A stretch of 64,000 bases of DNA from Candidatus Latescibacterota bacterium (GTDB lineage: Bacteria > Latescibacterota > CBDEFO01): positions 576,001 through 640,000 of the forward strand of contig CBDEFO010000008.1 in NCBI GenBank assembly GCA_965237525.1, written 5' to 3'. This document shows, one piece after another, positions 61,239 through 64,000 of the stretch. Numbering within the stretch: position 1 is the stretch's first letter; every line of letters begins with the position of its first letter. The translations under genes and the position numbers were made by a program. The notes under the pieces were generated by a model. It saw only the letters and a program-made list of their open reading frames with translations, ran no database searches and had not been told where the DNA came from.

Positions 61239-61355
61239 TTAGGGAAGGGCCTCTTTTTTGCCAATTAGTAGAAGTACAATTACGAGGCCTATCGATACAG
61301 GAAGGATACGTACAGCGACCATGGGAAGTACGATGTTTGTAATAGACAATAACAT
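61239..61355 (-). promoter_or_regulatory. Putative ilv-leu attenuator leader peptide (38 aa)
   Basis: SD GGAGGT; MLLSITNIVLPMVAVRILPVSIGLVIVLLLIGKKEALP has 21/38 Ile/Leu/Val; lies between the promoter and ilvB. Confidence 0.6.
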
Positions 61356-61486
61356 GCCTGCACCTCCGGCAGAGGCTACGTTGAAAGAGACAGATTCAGA
61401 GTTAGAAGCAGTATTGTCGGTAAACATTACCCGTTACCCGTAATTTGTAGAAGTTGCTATTATTTGGGGGATCCTTTCACAACTGA

Positions 61487-61515
61487 AATATATATAATAT
61501 ACATAGAGTTGTCAA
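61487..61515 (-). promoter_or_regulatory. sigma70-type promoter of the ilv-leu operon
   Basis: TTGACA-17 bp-TATATT. Confidence 0.7.
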
Positions 61516-61879
61516 GTAAAATTTGGAGTCGTAGAGACTTTCCCTCTGCGATACAGCATACTCCACTTCAAAAGTTCTGTGTTCCACACAAAAGCAGCTT
61601 TAATTGCAATCCAAGCGTAGATTTTGCTTGCCTGTAAACAGTGATATGAGTATATTTGCTTTTGATGGCGACCCTGAATCTACAAAGGGTATCCAAAATG
61701 GAAGTTCTCCATAATTGTAATTGAAGTCTTCCATGATTGCGATTATGGAACTTCGACAATAGTAAATCCTCGATACCTGGTAGGTTGGGTCGCCTTTTTA
61801 TCTACAAGCCGTACGAAGAAACAGATGATAAGATAGTCCGGATGTTACAATCCGAATAAACTGTCCCCGTATCTACAAA

Positions 61880-63163
61880 GTGACCCGCGCTCGTACTCCC
61901 AAACTCTTATATGTCTTTCTTGTCCTTCCTCTTTTATACTGCTCTGATAGAGATAGGTCCAATCCATTTGATCCCCAAAACCCGACTACTGAGGGTCGTC
62001 CTACTGGACTCAGAGTCGTTGCCGGGGATAGGAAGGTGGATTTAAGCTGGGACTTTTCCTCTTTTTTTGATATAACTGGCTACAACATATACCGCAGAAA
62101 AGAAGGCGAAGGCAATTCGCAAAAGATTACTCCGAAGCCGTTTTCAAGAGAGTCTGTCTCCTTTACTGACGAAGATGTTGTAAATGGTGAGACTTATCTA
62201 TACAGTATAAGCGTCTTAGTAGAAGGGTCTGGAGAAAGTTCGATATCTGTCGAAGAGCAGGCCACTCCCGGGCCCGAGGTCGGCTGGATAGCCGACAGAT
62301 CCGCCGGGCGGGTCTATAAGATAAGCCCCGATGGAAGGGACATAATCCTTGAGGTATCGGACTTGAGGGAGCCCGTCTCTCTTTCTGTAGACCGCACCGA
62401 CCATAGCTGCTGGGTGGCGGATAGATTCTCTGGTGAAATCCGTCAGATCACGTCCCAGGGCAACTTTGGGGCACGCTTTGAAGGCGTGAGACTCCCATCA
62501 GACATCCGGATAGACTCCCAGGGCGGCCTGTGCTGGGTCATAAGCTCGGGGGAGAGAAAGGTGATCTGGGTGGAACTTCACCAGTTCCGACAGGGTAGCC
62601 CTTTGGATAATATAATCTTTAACGTCGTGGACGCCAACTTCGACGATCCAACAGATCTTTCCCCTTTGGAAGGATTGTGCTGGATCTCAGATCGGGCAGC
62701 CGGTCGCGTCATCAAATACCCTGTGTCTGGCGCAAATCCAGTTATCTTCCCGGACATCGATTCCCCATCAGATGTCGCCTCCGATGAGCGTTCGGGCGAC
62801 TGCTGGGTCGTTGTCAACGGCTTTCGGATAGACAGACTCAGTTCAGAAGGGGATTCCGTTTTAGCCGTCACAGATACTCTGGATGCAGTAAAAGCCATAG
62901 ATGTCGTCGCATCCACAGGAGAAATCTGGGCAATCGGAGGGACGGCAATCTATAAATTTGATGGAGACGGGGAATTAAATATCGCTGTTGAGGGCTTTTC
63001 AAGTGCCTCAGCACTTGCTGTAAACGATACAGATGGCAGTTGCTGGGTCATATCCAGAATCAGACTTTGGAAGATCTCTTCCGACGGAGAAATTCTAAGC
63101 TCGCTTGGGGGACAGTTTTTCAACCTTATCGACGTGGCAGTGGATCCGGGCAGAGGAGAATAG
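61880..63163 (+). CDS. Lipoprotein with FN3 domain and NHL-like beta-propeller
   Basis: LLYC lipobox, RSNPFDP, VDLSW..GYNIYR..Y.YSI FN3, repeated CWV/IAD units. Confidence 0.78.
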   Translation: MTRARTPKLLYVFLVLPLLYCSDRDRSNPFDPQNPTTEGRPTGLRVVAGDRKVDLSWDFSSFFDITGYNIYRRKEGEGNSQKITPKPFSRESVSFTDEDVVNGETYLYSISVLVEGSGESSISVEEQATPGPEVGWIADRSAGRVYKISPDGRDIILEVSDLREPVSLSVDRTDHSCWVADRFSGEIRQITSQGNFGARFEGVRLPSDIRIDSQGGLCWVISSGERKVIWVELHQFRQGSPLDNIIFNVVDANFDDPTDLSPLEGLCWISDRAAGRVIKYPVSGANPVIFPDIDSPSDVASDERSGDCWVVVNGFRIDRLSSEGDSVLAVTDTLDAVKAIDVVASTGEIWAIGGTAIYKFDGDGELNIAVEGFSSASALAVNDTDGSCWVISRIRLWKISSDGEILSSLGGQFFNLIDVAVDPGRGE

Positions 63164-63164
63164 C

Positions 63165-64000
63165 TTGAATCTCAAGATAAATACGCAGATCTTCAGCCTA
63201 TTGACCGTTCTTATTCTCCTGGGAGAAAGCTCAGCTCTGGCCGGTACGAGCGGATACCTCAGGATAGAAGAGGACTTTCAAAAGGGAGACATAGATTACG
63301 AAGCCGCGCTGGAATATAAAGCCTACTTTATATTCGACAGGTCGAAACTCCCTCCCGATTACCAGCAAGGAGGCAACCTGCCCATCTGCGGAACTCCTGA
63401 TATCCTGGAGATCCATTCCGAACTGTGGAGATTGAGCAAACCCCTCCAAATAGAGGTCACTTCTTATTTTCAAAGGCCCCTTCTTGAAAAATCCTACGAC
63501 AGCCCAACGGGACATTTTCGCATCCATTACAACACCACAGGGACAGGAGCTGTAGACCCAAGAGACAGGAACATAAACCGCGTACCCGACTTCGTAGAGG
63601 AGACGGCAGCGGCTTTCGACAGCGCATGGTCGGCACAGATAAACCGTCTGGGCTACAGGGAGCCGCTTTCCGACGGTGGAGAAGGCGGAGGAGATCAATA
63701 CGATGTATATATCATCGAGATGACCTCAAGAGGAGCTTTCTACGGCTTTACCTATCCCGAGAGTTCTCGCGGCAATACGTCTACCAGCTATATGGAAATA
63801 GATAACAACTATACGGACAGCATCTACAGACAGACAAGGGGTATTGATGCACTCAAGGTGACAGCCGCCCACGAATTCTTTCACGCAATTCAATTTGCTT
63901 ACTACGACGGCAGGGACGCTGCCTGGTGGCAGGAGGCGACTGCCACGTGGATGGAGGACTTTGTCTACGACGAGATAAACGACTACTTTCAGTATCTCAA
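63165..64000 (+). CDS. Secreted zinc metalloprotease-like protein (partial, runs off window)
   Basis: TTG start, signal peptide, open to the window end; VTAAHEFFHAIQ (HExxH) and WWQEATATWMED. Confidence 0.8.
   Translation, partial: MNLKINTQIFSLLTVLILLGESSALAGTSGYLRIEEDFQKGDIDYEAALEYKAYFIFDRSKLPPDYQQGGNLPICGTPDILEIHSELWRLSKPLQIEVTSYFQRPLLEKSYDSPTGHFRIHYNTTGTGAVDPRDRNINRVPDFVEETAAAFDSAWSAQINRLGYREPLSDGGEGGGDQYDVYIIEMTSRGAFYGFTYPESSRGNTSTSYMEIDNNYTDSIYRQTRGIDALKVTAAHEFFHAIQFAYYDGRDAAWWQEATATWMEDFVYDEINDYFQYL

Noticed and set aside
61568..61790. Possible glycosyltransferase remnant (RGFTIVEVP)
   Set aside because: A single short motif is not enough support.

Overview
Bacterial chromosomal window in two parts. 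About 1-23.3 kb is a decaying accessory region. It holds carbohydrate and catabolic genes (Nif3, atypical GH32, SDRs, DUF4838, GH-like TIM barrel, PhyH, HpcH, DapA-like), a degenerate HD-GYP gene, several IS elements (IS1182-like, IS481-like, IS1595, IS3, IS4 remnants) and many pseudogenes, including an FG-GAP + dockerin-like protein. That domain pair suggests, but does not prove, a Latescibacterota/FCB-related host. About 23.6-64 kb is mostly core genome: mfd, PrsA-like PPIase, surA, S4 protein, methyltransferase, ftsEX-envC, 5-FCL, uppS-cdsA-dxr-rseP, then an ilvBNC-leuACDB-cimA-aminotransferase-argJ-aspC run on the minus strand. Single AT-richer, defence-like genes are dropped into it (DUF262/DUF1524, PIN-like, Ser/Thr kinase). 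The most striking unexplained signal is a family of ~21-23 bp imperfect palindromes (CCCCGATAGANTCAATCGGGG) at 10 loci. They behave like tiny mobile elements: they nest in themselves and in other hairpin repeats, disrupt an IS3 transposase, supply a stop codon, and add an in-frame peptide to LeuD. Other notable points are an RseP with an inserted histidine-kinase ATPase-like segment, a kinase gene bracketed by duplicated ilvC 3' ends, IS insertions that split an RBS from its start codon and split a lipoprotein signal peptide, and an Ile/Leu/Val-rich leader peptide upstream of ilvB. All calls come from motif recognition by eye; no database searches were run.
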